A DNA stretch of 64,000 nt, taken from the NCBI GenBank assembly GCA_964016885.1, contig OZ024740.1, forward strand, positions 59,892,001 to 59,956,000, given 5' to 3'. Shown here piece after piece: positions 12,601-27,900 of this stretch (position 1 is the first letter of the stretch; each line of letters opens with the position of its first letter). The stretch is from Eledone cirrhosa (Eukaryota). A program made the translations under genes and the position numbers. Below the pieces are notes generated by a model. The model was not told the origin of the DNA. It ran no database searches and worked only from the letters and a program-made list of their open reading frames with translations.

Positions 12601-15600
12601 TACAGTGTGGGCTGGGTGCTTTTAGTTGTGACTCCTACAAGACCACTTTACAGTGTGGGCTGAGTGCTTTTAGTTGTGACTCCTACAAGACCACTTTACA
12701 GTGTGGCCTGGATACTTTTAGTTGTGACACCTACAAGACCACTTTACAGTGTGCGTTGGGTGCTTTTAGTTGTGACATCTACATGACCACTTTACAGTGT
12801 GGGTTGGGTGCTTTTATTGTGACACCTACAAGACCACTTTACAGTGTGGGCTGGGTGCTTTTAGTTGTGACTCCTACAAAACCACTTTACAGTGTGGGTT
12901 GGGTGCTTTTATTTGTGACACCTAAATGACCACTTTACAGTGTGGGTTGCGTGCTTTTAGTTGTGACTCCTACAAGACCACTTTACAGTGTGGGCTGGGT
13001 GCTTTTAATTGTGACTGCTACAAGACCACTTTACAGTGTGGGTTGGGTGCTTTTAGTTGTGACTCCTACAAGACCACTTTACAGTTTGGGTTGGGTGCTT
13101 TTATTTGTGACACCTACATGACCACTTTACAGTGAGGGTTGGGTGCTTTTATTTGTGACTCTTACAAGACCACTTTACAGTTTGGGTTGGATGCTTTTAT
13201 TTGTGACACCTACAAGAACACTTTACAGTGTAGGTTGGGTGCTTTTATTTGTGACTCCTAAAAGGCCACTTTACAGTGTGGGCTGGATACTTTTATTTGT
13301 GACACCTACAAGACCACTTTACAGTGTGGGTTGGGTGCTTTTATATGTGACATCTACATGACCACTTTACAGTGTGGGTTGGGTGCTTTTATTGTGACAC
13401 CTACAAGACCACTTTACAGTGTGGGCTGGATGCTTTTATTTGTGACTCCTACAAGACCACTTTACAGTGTGGGCTGGGTGCTTTTAGTTGTGACTCCTAC
13501 AAGACCACTTTACAGTGTGGGTTGGGTGCTTTTAGTTGTGACACCTACATGACCACTTTACGGTGTGGGTTGGGTACTTTTAGTTGTGACTCGTACAAGA
13601 CCACTTTACAGTGTGGGCTGGATGCTTTTAGTTGTGACTCCTACAAGACCACTTTACAGTGTGGGTTGGGTGCATTTAGTTGTGACACATACATGACCAC
13701 CTTACAGTGTGGGTTGGCTGCTTTTAGTTATGACTCCTACAAGACCACTTTACAGTGTGGGCTGGATGCTTTTAGTTGTGACACCTACAAAACCACTTTA
13801 CAGTGTGGGTTGGGTGCTTTTAGTTGTGACTCCTACAAGACCACATTACAGTGTGGGCTGGGTGCTTTTATTTGTGACACCTACAAGACCACTTTACAGT
13901 GTGGGCTGGGTGCTTTTAGTTGTGACACCTACATGACCACTTTACATTGTGGGTTGGGTGCTTTTATTTGTGACACTTACATGACCACTTATCAGTGTGG
14001 CTTGGGTGCTTTTAGTTGTGACTCCTACAAGACCACTTTACAGTGTGGGCTGGGTTCTTTTAGTTGTGACATCTTCATGACCACTTTACAGTGTGGGCTG
14101 GGTACTTTTAGTTGTGACATCTGCACGACCACTTTACAGTGTGGGCTGGGTCCTTTTAGTTGTGACATCTGCATGACCACTTTACAGTGTGGGTTGGGTG
14201 CTTTTAGTTGTGACTCCTACAAGACCACTTTACAGTGTGGGCTGGGTTCTTTTAGTTGTGACATCTTCATGACCACTTTACAGTGTGGGCTGGGTCCTCT
14301 TAGTTGTGACATCTGCATGACCACTTTACAGTGTGGGTTGGGTGCTTTTAGTTGTGACTCCTACAAGACCACTTTACAGTGTGAGCTGGATGCTTTAATT
14401 TTGACTCCTACAAGACCACTTTACAGTGTGGGTTGGGTGCTTTTAGTTGTGACTCCTACAAGACCACTTTACAGTGTGGGTTTGGGTGCTTTTAGTTGTG
14501 ACTCCTACAAGACCACTTTACAGTGTGGGTTGGGTGCTTTTATTTGTGACTCCTACAAGACCACTTTACAGTGTGGGTTGGGTGCTATTATTTGTGAAAC
14601 CTACAAGACCACTTTACAGTGTGGGCTGGATGCTTTTAGTTGTGACACCTGCAAGAACACATTACAGTGTGGACTGGATGCTTTTAGTTGTGACTCCTAC
14701 AAGACCACTTTACAGTGTGGGTTGGGTGCTTTTAGTTGTGACTCATACAAGACCACTTTACAGCAGTGTGTGCTGGGTGCTTTTAGTTGTGACTCCTACA
14801 AGACCCCTTTACAGTGTGGGCTGGGTGCTTTTATTTGTGACACCTACAAGACCACTTTACAGTGTGGGCTGCGTTCTTTTAGTTGTGACACCTACATGAC
14901 CACTTTACATTGTGGGTTGGGTGCTTTTAGTTGTGACACTTACATGACCACTTATCAGTGTGGCTTGGGGGCTTTTAGTTGTGACTCCTACATGACCACT
15001 TAACAGTGTGGGCTGGGTGCTTTTATTTGTGACACTTACATGACCACTTTACAGTGTGGGCTGGATGCTTTTAGTTGTGACTCGTACAAGACCACTTTAC
15101 AGTGTGGGCTGGGTGCTTTTAGTTGTGACTCCTACAAGACCACTTTACAGTGTGGGCTGAGTGCTTTTAGTTGTGTCACCTACGTGACCACTTTACAGTG
15201 TGGGTTGGGTGCTTCTATTTGTGACACTTACATGACCACTTTACAGTGTGGGCTGGGTGATTTTAGTTGTGACTCCTACAAGACCACTTTACAGTGTGAG
15301 CTTGATGCTTTTAGTTGTGATTCGTACAAGACCACTTTACAGTGTGGGTTGGCTGCTTTTAGTTATGACTCCTACAAGATCACTTTACAGTGTGGGCTGG
15401 ATGATTTTAGTTGTGACACCTACAAGACCACTTTACAGTGTGGGCTGGATGCTTTTAGTTGTGACTCCTACAAGACCACTTTACAGTGTGGGTTGGTTGC
15501 TTTTAGTTGTGACTCCTACTAGACCACTTTACAGTGTGGGCTTGGTGCTTTTATTTGTGACTCCTACAAGACCACTTTACATTGTGGGTTGGGTGCTTCT

Positions 15601-18600
15601 ATTTGTGACACATACATGACCACTTATCAGTGTGGCTTGGGTGCTTTTAGTTGTGACTCCTACAAGACCACTTTACAGTGTGGGCTGGGTGCTTTTAGTT
15701 GTGATTCCTACAAGACCACTTTACAGTGTGTGTTGGGTGCTTTTATTTGTGACACTTACATGACCACTTTGCAGTGTGGGCTGGATGCTTTTAGTTGTGA
15801 CTCGTACAAGACCACTTTACAGTGTGGGCTGGGTTCTTTTAGTTGTGACTCCTACAAGACCACTTTACAGTGTGGGCTGGGTGCTTTTAATTGTGACTGC
15901 TACAAGACCACTTTACAGTGTGGGTTGGGTGCTTTTAGTTGTGACTCCTACAAGACCACTTTACAGTTTGGGTTGGGTGCTTTTATTTGTGACACCTACA
16001 TGACCACTTTACAGTGAGGGTTGGGTGCTTTTATTTGTGACTCTTACAAGACCACTTTACAGTTTGGGTTGGATGCTTTTATTTGTGACACCTACAAGAA
16101 CACTTTACAGTGTAGGTTGGGTGCTTTTATTTGTGACTCCTAAAAGGCCACTTTACAGTGTGGGCTGGATACTTTTATTTGTGACACCTACAAGACCACT
16201 TTACAGTGTGGGCTGGGTGCTTTTAGTTGTGACTCCTACAAGACCACTTTACAGTGTGGGTTGGGTGCTTTTAGTTGTGACACCTACATGACCACTTTAC
16301 GGTGTGGGTTGGGTACTTTTAGTTGTGACTCGTACAAGACCACTTTACAGTGTGGGCTGGATGCTTTTAGTTGTTACTCCTACAAGACCACTTTACAGTG
16401 TGGGTTGGGTGCATTTAGTTGTGACACATACATGACCACCTTACAGTGTGGGTTGGCTGCTTTTAGTTATGACTCCTACAAGACCACTTTACAGTGTGGG
16501 CTGGATGCTTTTAGTTGTGACACCTACAAAACCACTTTACAGTGTGGGTTGGGTGCTTTTAGTTGTGACTCCTACAAGACCACATTACAGTGTGGGCTGG
16601 GTGCTTTTATTTGTGACACCTACAAGACCACTTTACAGTGTGGGCTGGGTGCTTTTAGTTGTGACACCTACATGACCACTTTACATTGTGGGTTGGGTGC
16701 TTTTATTTGTGACACTTACATGACCACTTATCAGTGTGGCTTGGGTGCTTTTAGTTGTGACTCCTACAAGACCACTTTACAGTGTGGGTTGGGTACTTTT
16801 AGTTGTGACATCTGCACGACCACTTTACAGTGTGGGCTGGGTCCTTTTAGTTGTGACATCTGCATGACCACTTTACAGTGTGGGTTGGGTGCTTTTAGTT
16901 GTGACTCCTACAAGACCACTTTACAGTGTGGGCTGGGTTCTTTTAGTTGTGACATCTTCATGACCACTTTACAGTGTGGGCTGGGTCCTCTTAGTTGTGA
17001 CATCTGCATGACCACTTTACAGTGTGGGTTGGGTGCTTTTAGTTGTGACTCCTACAAGACCACTTTACAGTGTGAGCTGGATGCTTTAATTTTGACTCCT
17101 ACAAGACCACTTTACAGTGTGGGTTGGGTGCTTTTAGTTGTGACTCCTACAAGACCACTTTACAGTGTGGGTTTGGGTGCTTTTAGTTGTGACTCCTACA
17201 AGACCACTTTACAGTGTGGGTTGGGTGCTTTTATTTGTGACTCCTACAAGACCACTTTACAGTGTGGGTTGGGTGCTATTATTTGTGAAACCTACAAGAC
17301 CACTTTACAGTGTGGGCTGGATGCTTTTAGTTGTGACACCTGCAAGAACACATTACAGTGTGGACTGGATGCTTTTAGTTGTGACTCCTACAAGACCACT
17401 TTACAGTGTGGGTTGGGTGCTTTTAGTTGTGACTCATACAAGACCACTTTACAGCAGTGTGTGCTGGGTGCTTTTAGTTGTGACTCCTACAAGACCCCTT
17501 TACAGTGTGGGCTGGGTGCTTTTATTTGTGACACCTACAAGACCACTTTACAGTGTGGGCTGCGTTATTTTAGTTGTGACACCTACATGACCACTTTACA
17601 TTGTGGGTTGGGTGCTTTTAGTTGTGACACTTACATGACCACTTATCAGTGTGGCTTGGGGGCTTTTAGTTGTGACTCCTACATGACCACTTAACAGTGT
17701 GGGCTGGGTGCTTTTATTTGTGACACTTACATGACCACTTTACAGTGTGGGCTGGATGCTTTTAGTTGTGACTCGTACAAGACCACTTTACAGTGTGGGC
17801 TGGGTGCTTTTAGTTGTGACTCCTACAAGACCACTTTACAGTGTGGGCTGAGTGCTTTTAGTTGTGTCACCTACGTGACCACTTTACAGTGTGGGTTGGG
17901 TGCTTTTATTTGTGACACTTACATGACCACTTTACAGTGTGGGCTGGGTGATTTTAGTTGTGACTCCTACAAGACCACTTTACAGTGTGAGCTTGATGCT
18001 TTTAGTTGTGATTCGTACAAGACCACTTTACAGTGTGGGTTGGCTGCTTTTAGTTATGACTCCTACAAGATCACTTTACAGTGTGGGCTGGATGATTTTA
18101 GTTGTGACACCTACAAGACCACTTTACAGTGTGGGCTGGATGCTTTTAGTTGTGACTCCTACAAGACCACTTTACAGTGTGGGTTGGTTGCTTTTAGTTG
18201 TGACTCCTACTAGACCACTTTACAGTGTGGGCTTGGTGCTTTTATTTGTGACTCCTACAAGACCACTTTACATTGTGGGCTGGGTGCTTTTAGTTGTGAT
18301 TCCTACAAGACCACTTTACAGTGTGTGTTGGGTGCTTTTATTTGTGACACTTACATGACCACTTTGCAGTGTGGGCTGGATGCTTTTAGTTGTGACTCGT
18401 ACAAGACCACTTTACAGTGTGGGCTGGGTGCTTTTAGTTGTGACTCCTACAAGACCACTTTACAGTGTGGGCTGAGTGCTTTTAGTTGTGACACCTACAT
18501 GACCACTTTACAGTGTGGGTTGGGTGCTTTTATTTGTGACACTAACATGACCACTTTACAGTGTGGGCTGGATGCTTTTAGTTGTGACTCGTACAAGACC

Positions 18601-21600
18601 ACTTTACAGCGTGGACTGGATGCTTTTATTTATGACACCTACAAGACCACTCAACAGTGGGCTGGGTGCTTTTAGTTGTGACTCCTACAAGACCACTTTA
18701 CAGTGTGGGCTGGATGCTTTTATTTGTGACACCTACAAGACCACTCAACAGTGGGCTGGGTGCTTTTAGTTGTGACTCCTACAAGACCACTCAACAGTGG
18801 GTTGGATGCTTTTAGTTGTGACTCCTACAAGACCACTTTACAGTGTGGGCTGCTGGATGCTTTTAGTTCTGACTCCTACAAGACCACTTTATAGTGTGGG
18901 TTGGATGCTTTTATTTGTGACTCCTACAAGATCACTTTAGAGTGTGGGCTGGATGCTTTTAGTTGTGACTCCTACAAGACCACTCAACAGTGGGGTGGGT
19001 GCTTTTAGTTGTGACTCCTACAAGACCACTTTACAGTGTGGGCTGGGTGCTTTTAGTTTTGACTCCTACAAGACCACTCAACAGTGGGCTGGGTGCTTTT
19101 AGTTGTGACTCCTACAAGACCACTTTACAATGTGGATTGGGTGCTTTTAGTTGTGACTCCTACAAGACCACTTTATAGTGTGAGTTGGATGCTTTTATTT
19201 GTGACTCCTACAAGATCACTTTAGAGTGTGGGCTGGATGCTTTTAGTTGTGACTCCTACAAGACCACTCAACAGTGGGCTGGGTGCTTTTAGTTGTGACT
19301 CCTACAAGACCACTTTACAGTGTGGATTGGGTTCTTTTAGTTGTGACACCTACATGACCACTTTACAGTGTGGGTTGGGTACTTTTAGTTGTGACACCTA
19401 CATGAACACTTTACAGTGTGGGCTGGATGCTTTTAGTTGTGACTCCTACAAGACAACTTTACAGTGTGGGCTGGGTGCTTTTAGTTGTGACTCCTACAAG
19501 ACACTTTACAGTGTGTCTTGGATGCTTTTAGGTGTGACTCCTACAAGACCACTTTACAGTGTGGGCTGGATGCTTTTAGTTGTGACACCTGCAAGAACAC
19601 TTTACAGTGTGGGCTGGATGCTTTTAATTGTGACTCGTACAAGACCACTTTAAAGTGTGGGGTGGATGCTTTTAGTTGTAACACCTACAAGACCACTTTA
19701 CAGTGTGGGCTGGATGCTTTTAGTTGTGACATCTACATGACCACTTTACAGTGTGGGTTGGGTGCTTTTAGTTGTGACTCCTACATGACCACTTTACAAT
19801 GTGGGCTAGGTGCTTTTAGTTGTGACTCGTACAAGACCACTTTATAGTGTGCGTTGGGTGCTTTTAGTTGTGACATCTGCATGACCACTTTACAGTGTGG
19901 GCTGGGTGCTTTTAGTTGTGACTCCTACAAGACCACTTTACAGTGTGGGCTGAGTGCTTTTAGTTGTGACTCCTACAAGACCACTTTACAGTGTGGCCTG
20001 GATACTTTTAGTTGTGACACCTACAAGACCACTTTACAGTGTGCGTTGGGTGCTTTTAGTTGTGACATCTACATGACCACTTTACAGTGTGGGTTGGGTG
20101 CTTTTATTGTGACACCTACAAGACCACTTTACAGTGTGGGCTGGGTGCTTTTAGTTGTGACTCCTACAAAACCACTTTACAGTGTGGGTTGGGTGCTTTT
20201 ATTTGTGACACCTAAATGACCACTTTACAGTGTGGGTTGCGTGCTTTTAGTTGTGACTCCTACAAGACCACTTTACAGTGTGGGCTGGGTGCTTTTAATT
20301 GTGACTGCTACAAGACCACTTTACAGTGTGGGTTGGGTGCTTTTAGTTGTGACTCCTACAAGACCACTTTACAGTTTGGGTTGGGTGCTTTTATTTGTGA
20401 CACCTACATGACCACTTTACAGTGAGGGTTGGGTGCTTTTATTTGTGACTCTTACAAGACCACTTTACAGTTTGGGTTGGATGCTTTTATTTGTGACACC
20501 TACAAGACCACTTTACAGTGTAGGTTGGGTGCTTTTATTTGTGACTCCTAAAAGGCCACTTTACAGTGTGGGCTGGATACTTTTATTTGTGACACCTACA
20601 AGACCACTTTACAGTGTGGGTTGGGTGCTTTTAGATGTGACATCTACATGAACACTTTACAGTGTGGGTTGGGTGCTTTTATTGTGACACCTACAAGACC
20701 ACTTTACAGTGTGGGCTGGATGCTTTTATTTGTGACTCCTACAAGACCACTTTACAGTGTGGGCTGGGTGCTTTTAGTTGTGACTCCTACAAGACCACTT
20801 TACAGTGTGGGCTTGGTTCTTTTAGTTGTGACATCTGCATGACCACTTTACAGTGTGAGCTGGATGCTTTAATTGTGACTCCTACAAGACCACTTTACAG
20901 TGTGGGTTGGGTTCTTTTCGTTGTGACTCCTACAAGACCACTTTACAGTGTGGGTTGGGTGCTTTTATTTGTGACTCCTACAAGACCACTTTACAGTGTG
21001 GGTTGGGTGCTATTATTTGTGACACCTACAAGACCACTTTACAGTGTGGGCTGGGTGCTTTTAGTTGTGACACCTACATGACCACTTTACATTGTTGGTT
21101 GGGTGCTTTTATTTATGACACTTACATGACCACTTATCAGTGTGGCTTGGGTGCTTTTAGATGTGACACCTACAAGACCTCTTTACAGTGTGGGCTGGAT
21201 GCTTTTATTTGTGACTCCTACAAGACCACTTTACAGTGTGGGCTGGGTGCTTTTAGTTGTGACACCTACATGACCACTTTACAGTGTGGGTTGGCTGCTT
21301 TTAGTTATGGCTCCTACAAGACCACTTTACAGTGTGGCCTGGATGCTTTTAGTTGTGACACCTGCAAGAACACATTACAGTGTGGACTGGATGCTTTTAG
21401 TTGTGACTCCTACAAGACCACTTTACAGTGTGGGTTGGGTGCTTTTAGTTGTGACTCATACAAGACCACTTTACAGCAGTGTGTGCTGGGTGCTTTTAGT
21501 TGTGACTCCTACAAGACCACTTTACAGTGTGGGCTGGGTGCTTTTATTTGTGACACCTACAAGACCACTTTACAGTGTGGGCTGCGTTCTTTTAGTTGTG

Positions 21601-24000
21601 ACACCTACATGACCACTTTACATTGTGGGTTGGGTGCTTTTAGTTGTGACACTTACATGACCACTTATCAGTGTGGCTTGGGGGCTTTTAGTTGTGACTC
21701 CTACATGACCACTTAACAGTGTGGGCTGGGTGCTTTTATTTGTGACACTTACATGACCACTTTACAGTGTGGGCTGGATGCTTTTAGTTGTGACTCGTAC
21801 AAGACCACTTTACAGTGTGGGCTGGGTGCTTTTAGTTGTGACTCCTACAAGACCACTTTACAGTGTGGGCTGAGTGCTTTTAGTTGTGTCACCTACGTGA
21901 CCACTTTACAGTGTGGGTTGGGTGCTTTTATTTGTGACACTTACATGACCACTTTACAGTGTGGGCTGGGTGATTTTAGTTGTGACTCCTACAAGACCAC
22001 TTTACAGTGTGAGCTTGATGCTTTTAGTTGTGATTCGTACAAGACCACTTTACAGTGTGGGTTGGCTGCTTTTAGTTATGACTCCTACAAGATCACTTTA
22101 CAGTGTGGGCTGGATGATTTTAGTTGTGACACCTACAAGACCACTTTACAGTGTGGGCTGGATGCTTTTAGTTGTGACTCCTACAAGACCACTTTACAGT
22201 GTGGGATGGTTGCTTTTAGTTGTGACTCCTACTAGACCACTTTACAGTGTGGGCTTGGTGCTTTTATTTGTGACTCCTACAAGACCACTTTACATTGTGG
22301 GTTGGGTGCTTCTATTTGTGACACATACATGACCACTTATCAGTGTGGCTTGGGTGCTTTTAGTTGTGACTCCTACAAGACCACTTTACAGTGTGGGCTG
22401 GGTGCTTTTAGTTGTGATTCCTACAAGACCACTTTACAGTGTGGGTTGGGTGCTTTTATTTGTGACACTTACATGACGACTTTGCAGTGTGGGCTGGATG
22501 CTTTTAGTTGTGACTCGTACAAGACCACTTTACAGTGTGGGCTGGGTGCTTTTAGTTGTGACTCCTACAAGACCACTTTACAGTGTGGGCTGAGTGCTTT
22601 TAGTTGTGACACCTACATGACCACTTTACAGTGTGGGTTGGGTGCTTTTATTTGTGACACTAACATGACCACTTTACAGTGTGGGCTGGATGCTTTTAGT
22701 TGTGACTCGTACAAGACCACTTTACAGCGTGGACTGGATGCTTTTATTTATGACACCTACAAGACCACTCAACAGTGGGCTGGGTGCTTTTAGTTGTGAC
22801 TCCTACAAGACCACTTTACAGTGTGGGCTGGATGCTTTTATTTGTGACACCTACAAGACCACTCAACAGTGGGCTAGGTGCTTTTAGTTGTGACTCCTAC
22901 AAGACCACTCAACAGTGGGTTGGATGCTTTTAGTTGTGACTCCTACAAGACCACTTTACAGTGTGGGCTGCTGGATGCTTTTAGTTCTGACTCCTACAAG
23001 ACCACTTTATAGTGTGGGTTGGATGCTTTTTTTTGTGACTCCTACAAGATCACTTTAGAGTGTGGGCTGGATGCTTTTAGTTGTGACTCCTACAAGACCA
23101 CTCAACAGTGGGGTGGGTGCTTTTAGTTGTGACTCCTACAAGACCACTTTACAGTGTGGGCTGGGTGCTTTTAGTTTTGACTCCTACAAGACCACTCAAC
23201 AGTGGGCTGGGTGCTTTTAGTTGTGACTCCTACAAGACCACTTTACAATGTGGATTGGGTGCTATTAGTTGTGACTCCTACAAGACCACTTTATAGTGTG
23301 AGTTGGATGCTTTTATTTGTGACTCCTACAAGACCACTTTAGAGTGTGGGGTGGATGCTTTTAGTTGTGACTCCTACAAGACCACTCAACAGTGGGCTGG
23401 GTGCTTTTAGTTGTGACTCCTACAAGATCACTTTACAGTGTGGATTGGGTTCTTTTAGTTGTGACACCTACATGACCACTTTACAGTGTGGGTTGGGTAC
23501 TTTTAGTTGTGACACCTACATGAACACTTTACAGTGTGGGCTGGATGCTTTTAGTTGTGACTCCTACAAGACCTCTTTACAGTGTGGGCTGGGTGCTTTT
23601 AGTTGTGACTCCTACAAGACACTTTACAGTGTGTCTTGGATGCTTTTAGGTGTGACTCCTACAAGACCACTTTACAGTGTGGGCTGGATGCTTTTAGTTG
23701 TGACACCTGCAAGAACACTTTACAGTGTGGGCTGGATGCTTTTAATTGTGACTCGTACAAGACCACTTTAAAGTGTGGGGTGGATGCTTTTAGTTGTAAC
23801 ACCTACAAGACCACTTTACAGTGTGGGCTGGATGCTTTTAGTTGTGACATCTACATGACCACTTTACAGTGTGGGTTGGGTGCTTTTAGTTGTGACTCCT
23901 ACATGACCACTTTACAATGTGGGCTGGGTGCTTTTAGTTGTGACTCGTACAAGACCACTTTATAGTGTGCGTTGGGTGCTTTTAGTTGTGACACCTACAG
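8770..24000. repeat. Mosaic higher-order repeat domain with 3-4 copies of multi-kb blocks (offsets 4695, 2691, 4022, 4118, 7290)
   Basis: CAGCAG insertion marker at 10066, 14761, 17452, 21474. CTGCTG insertion marker at 11560, 18850, 22968. Matching ORF series 10345/15040/17731/21753 and 12228/19518/23636. Confidence 0.9.
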
Positions 24001-24999
24001 GACCACTTTACAGTGTGGGTTGGGTGCTTTTAGTTGTGACACCTACATGACCACTTTACAGTGTTGGCTGGATGGTTTTAGTTGTGACACCTGCAAGAAC
24101 ACTTTACAGTGTGGGCTGGATGCTTTTAATTGTGACTCGTACAAGACCACTTTATAGTGTGCGTTGGGTGCTTTTAGTTGTGACACCTACATGACCACTT
24201 AACAGTGTGGGTTGGGTGCTTTTAGTTGTGACTCCTATAAGACCACTTTACAGTGTGGGCTGGGTGCTTTTATTTGTGACTCCTACAAGACCACTTTACA
24301 GTGTGGGCTGGGTGCTTTTATTTGTGACACCTACAAGACCACTTTACAGTGTGGGCTGGGTGCTTTTAGTTGTGACACTTACATGACCACTTATCAGTGT
24401 GGCTTGGGTGCTTTTATTTGTGACACTTACATGACCACTTTACAGTGTGGGCTGGATGCTTTTAGTTGTGACTCGTACAAGACCACTTTACAGTGTGGGC
24501 TGGGTGCTTTTAGTTGTGACTCCTACAAGACACTTTACAGTGTGTCTTGGATGCTTTTAGGTGTGACTCCTACAAGACCACTTTACAGTGTGGGCTGGAT
24601 GCTTTTAGTTGTGACACCTGCAAGAACACTTTACAGTGTGGGCTGGATGCTTTTAATTGTGACTCGTACAAGACCACTTTATAGTGTGCGTTGGGTGCTT
24701 TTAGTTGTGACACCTACATGACCACTTAACAGTGTGGGTTGGGTGCTTTTAGTTGTGACTCCTACAAGACCACTTTACAGTGTGGGCTGGGTGCTTTTAT
24801 TTGTGACTCCTACAAGACCACTTTACAGTGTGGGCTGAGTGCTTTTAGTTGTGACACTTACATGACCACTTATCAGTGTGGCTTGGGTGCTTTTATTTGT
24901 GACACTTACATGACCACTTTACAGTGTGGGCTGGATGCTTTTAGTTGTGACTCGTACAAGACCACTTTACAGTGTGTGCTGGGTGTTTTAGTTGTGACT

Positions 25000-27900
25000 C
25001 CTACAAGACACTTTACAGTGTGTGTTGGATGCTTTTAGGTGTGACTCCTACAAGACCACTTTACTGTGTGGGTTGGCTGCTTTTATTTGTGAAACCTACA
25101 AGACCACTTTACAGTGTGGGTTTGGTGCTTTTAGTTGTGACTCCTACAAGACCACTTTACAGTGTGGGCTGGGTGCTTTTAATTGTGACTCCGACATGAC
25201 CACTTTACAGTGTGTGTTGGGTGCTTTTAGTTGTGACTCGTACAAGACCACTTTACAGTGTGGGCTGGATGCTTTTAGTTGTGACTCCTACAAGACTACT
25301 TTACAGTGTGGGTCGGGTGCATTTAGTTGTGACACATACATGACCACTTTACAGTGTGGGTTGGCTGCTTTTAGTTATGACTCCTACAAGACCACTTTAC
25401 AGTGTCGGCTGGATGCTTTTAGTTGTGACACCTACAAGACCACTTTATAATGTGGGCTGGATGCTTTTAGTTGTGACTCCTACAAGACCACTTTACAGTG
25501 GGGGTTGGGTGCTTTTAGTTGTGACTCCTACATGACCACTTTACAGTGTGGGCTGGGTGCTTTTATTTGTGACTCCTACAAGACCACTTTACAATGTGGG
25601 CTGGGTGCTTTTATTTGTGACACCTACAAGACCACTTTACAGTGTGGGCTGGGTGCTTTTAGTTGTGACACCTACATGACCTCTTTACATTGTGGGTTGG
25701 GTGCTTTTATTTATGACACATACATGACCACTTATCAGTGTGGCTTGGGTGCTTTTAGTTGTGACTCCTACAAGACCACTTTACAGTGTGGGCTGGGTGC
25801 TTTTAGTTGTTATTCCTACAAGACCACTTTACAGTGTGGGTTGGGTGCTTTTATTTGTGACACTTACATGACCACTTTACAGTGTGGGCTGGATGCTTTT
25901 AGTTGTGACTCGTACAAGACCACTTTTCAGTGTGGGCTGGGTGCTTTTAGTTGTGAGTCCTACAAGACCACTTTACACTGTGGGCTGAGTGCTTTTAGTT
26001 GTGACACCTACATGATCACTTTACAGTGTGGTTTGGGTGCTTTTATTTGTGACACTAACATGACCACTTTACAGTGTGGGCTGGATGCTTTTATTTGTGA
26101 CTCGTACAAGACCACTTTACAGCGTGGACTGGCTGCTTTGATTTATGACACCTACAAGACCACTCAACAGTGGGCTGGGTGCTTTTAGTTGTGACTCCTA
26201 CAAGACCACTTTACAGTGTAGGCTGGATGCTTTTATTTGTGACACCTACAAGACCACTCAACAGTGGGCTGGGTGCTTTTAGTTGTGACTCCTACAAGAC
26301 CACTCAACAGTGGGTTGAATGCTTTTAGTTCTGACTCCTACAAGACCACTTTATAGTGTGGGTTGGATGCTTTTATTTGTGACTCCTACAAGACCACTTT
26401 AGAGTGTGGGCTGGATGCTTTTAGTTGTGACTCCTACAAGACCACTCAACAGTGGGCTGGGTGCTTTTAGTTGTGACTCTTACAAGACCACTTTACAGTG
26501 TGGATTGGGTGCTTTTAGTTGTGACTCCTACAAGACCACTTTACAGTGTGGGGTGGATCCTTTTAGTTGTGACTCCTACAAGACCACTTTATAGTGTGGG
26601 TTGGATGCTTTTATTTGTGACTCCTACAAGACCACTTTATAGTGTGGGGGGATGCTTTTAGTTGTGACTCCTACAAGACCACTTTACAGTGTGGGCTGGG
26701 TTCTTTTATTTGTGACACCTACATGACCACTTTACAGTGTGGGTTGGGTACTTTTAGTTGTGACACCTACATGAACACTTTACAGTCTGGGCTGGATGCT
26801 TTTAGTTGTGACTCCTACAAGACCACTTTACAGTGTGGGCTGGGTGCTTTTAGTTGTGACTCCTACATGACCACTTTACAGTGTGTGCTAGGTGCTTTTA
26901 GTTGTGACTCCTACAAGACCACTTTACAGTGTGGGCTGGCTTCTTTTAGTTGTGACATCTGCATGACCACTTTACAGTGTGGGCTGGGTGCTTTTAGTTG
27001 TGACCCCTACAAGACCACTTTACAGTGTAGGCTGGGTTCTTTTACTTGTGACTCCTACAAGACCACTCAACAGTGGGCTGGGTGCTTTTAGTTGTGACTC
27101 CTACAAGACCACTTTACAGTGTGGTTTGGGTGCTTTTATTTGTGACACCTACAAGACCACTTTACAGTGTGGGGTGGATGCTTTTAGTTGTAACACCTAC
27201 AAGACCACTTTACAGTGTGGGTTGGATGCTTTTAGTTGTGACTCCTAAAAGACCACTTTACAGTGTGGGCTGGATGCTTTTAGTTGTGACACCTAAAAGA
27301 CCACTTTACAGTGTGGGCTGGATGCTTTTAGTTGTGACTCCTACATAACCACTTTACAGTGTGGGTAGGGTGCTTTTAGTTGTGACATCTGCATGACCAC
27401 TTTACAGTGTGGGCTGGGTGCTTTTAGTTGTGACTCCTACATGACCACTTTACAATGTGGGCTGGGTGCTTTTAGTTGTGACTCGTACAAGACCACTTTA
27501 CAGTGTGGTTTGGGTGCTTTTAGTTGTGACACCTACATGACCACTTTACAGTGTGGGCTGGATGCTTTTAGTTGTGACTCCTACAAGACCACTTTACAGT
27601 GTGGGCTGGGTGCTTTTAGTTGTGACTCCTACATGACCACTTTACAGTGTGTGTGCTGGGTGCTTTTAGTTTTGACTCCTACAAGACCACTTTACAGTGT
27701 GGGCTGGGTTCTTTTTGTTGTGACATCTGCATGACCACTTTACAGTGTGGGCTGGGTCCTTTTAGTTGTGACTCCTACAAGACCACTTTACAGTGTGGGC
27801 TGAGTTCTTTTAGTTGTGACATCTGCATGACCACTTTACAGTGTGGGTTGGGTGCTTTTAGTTGTGACTCCTACAAGACCACTTTACAGTGTGGGCTGGG

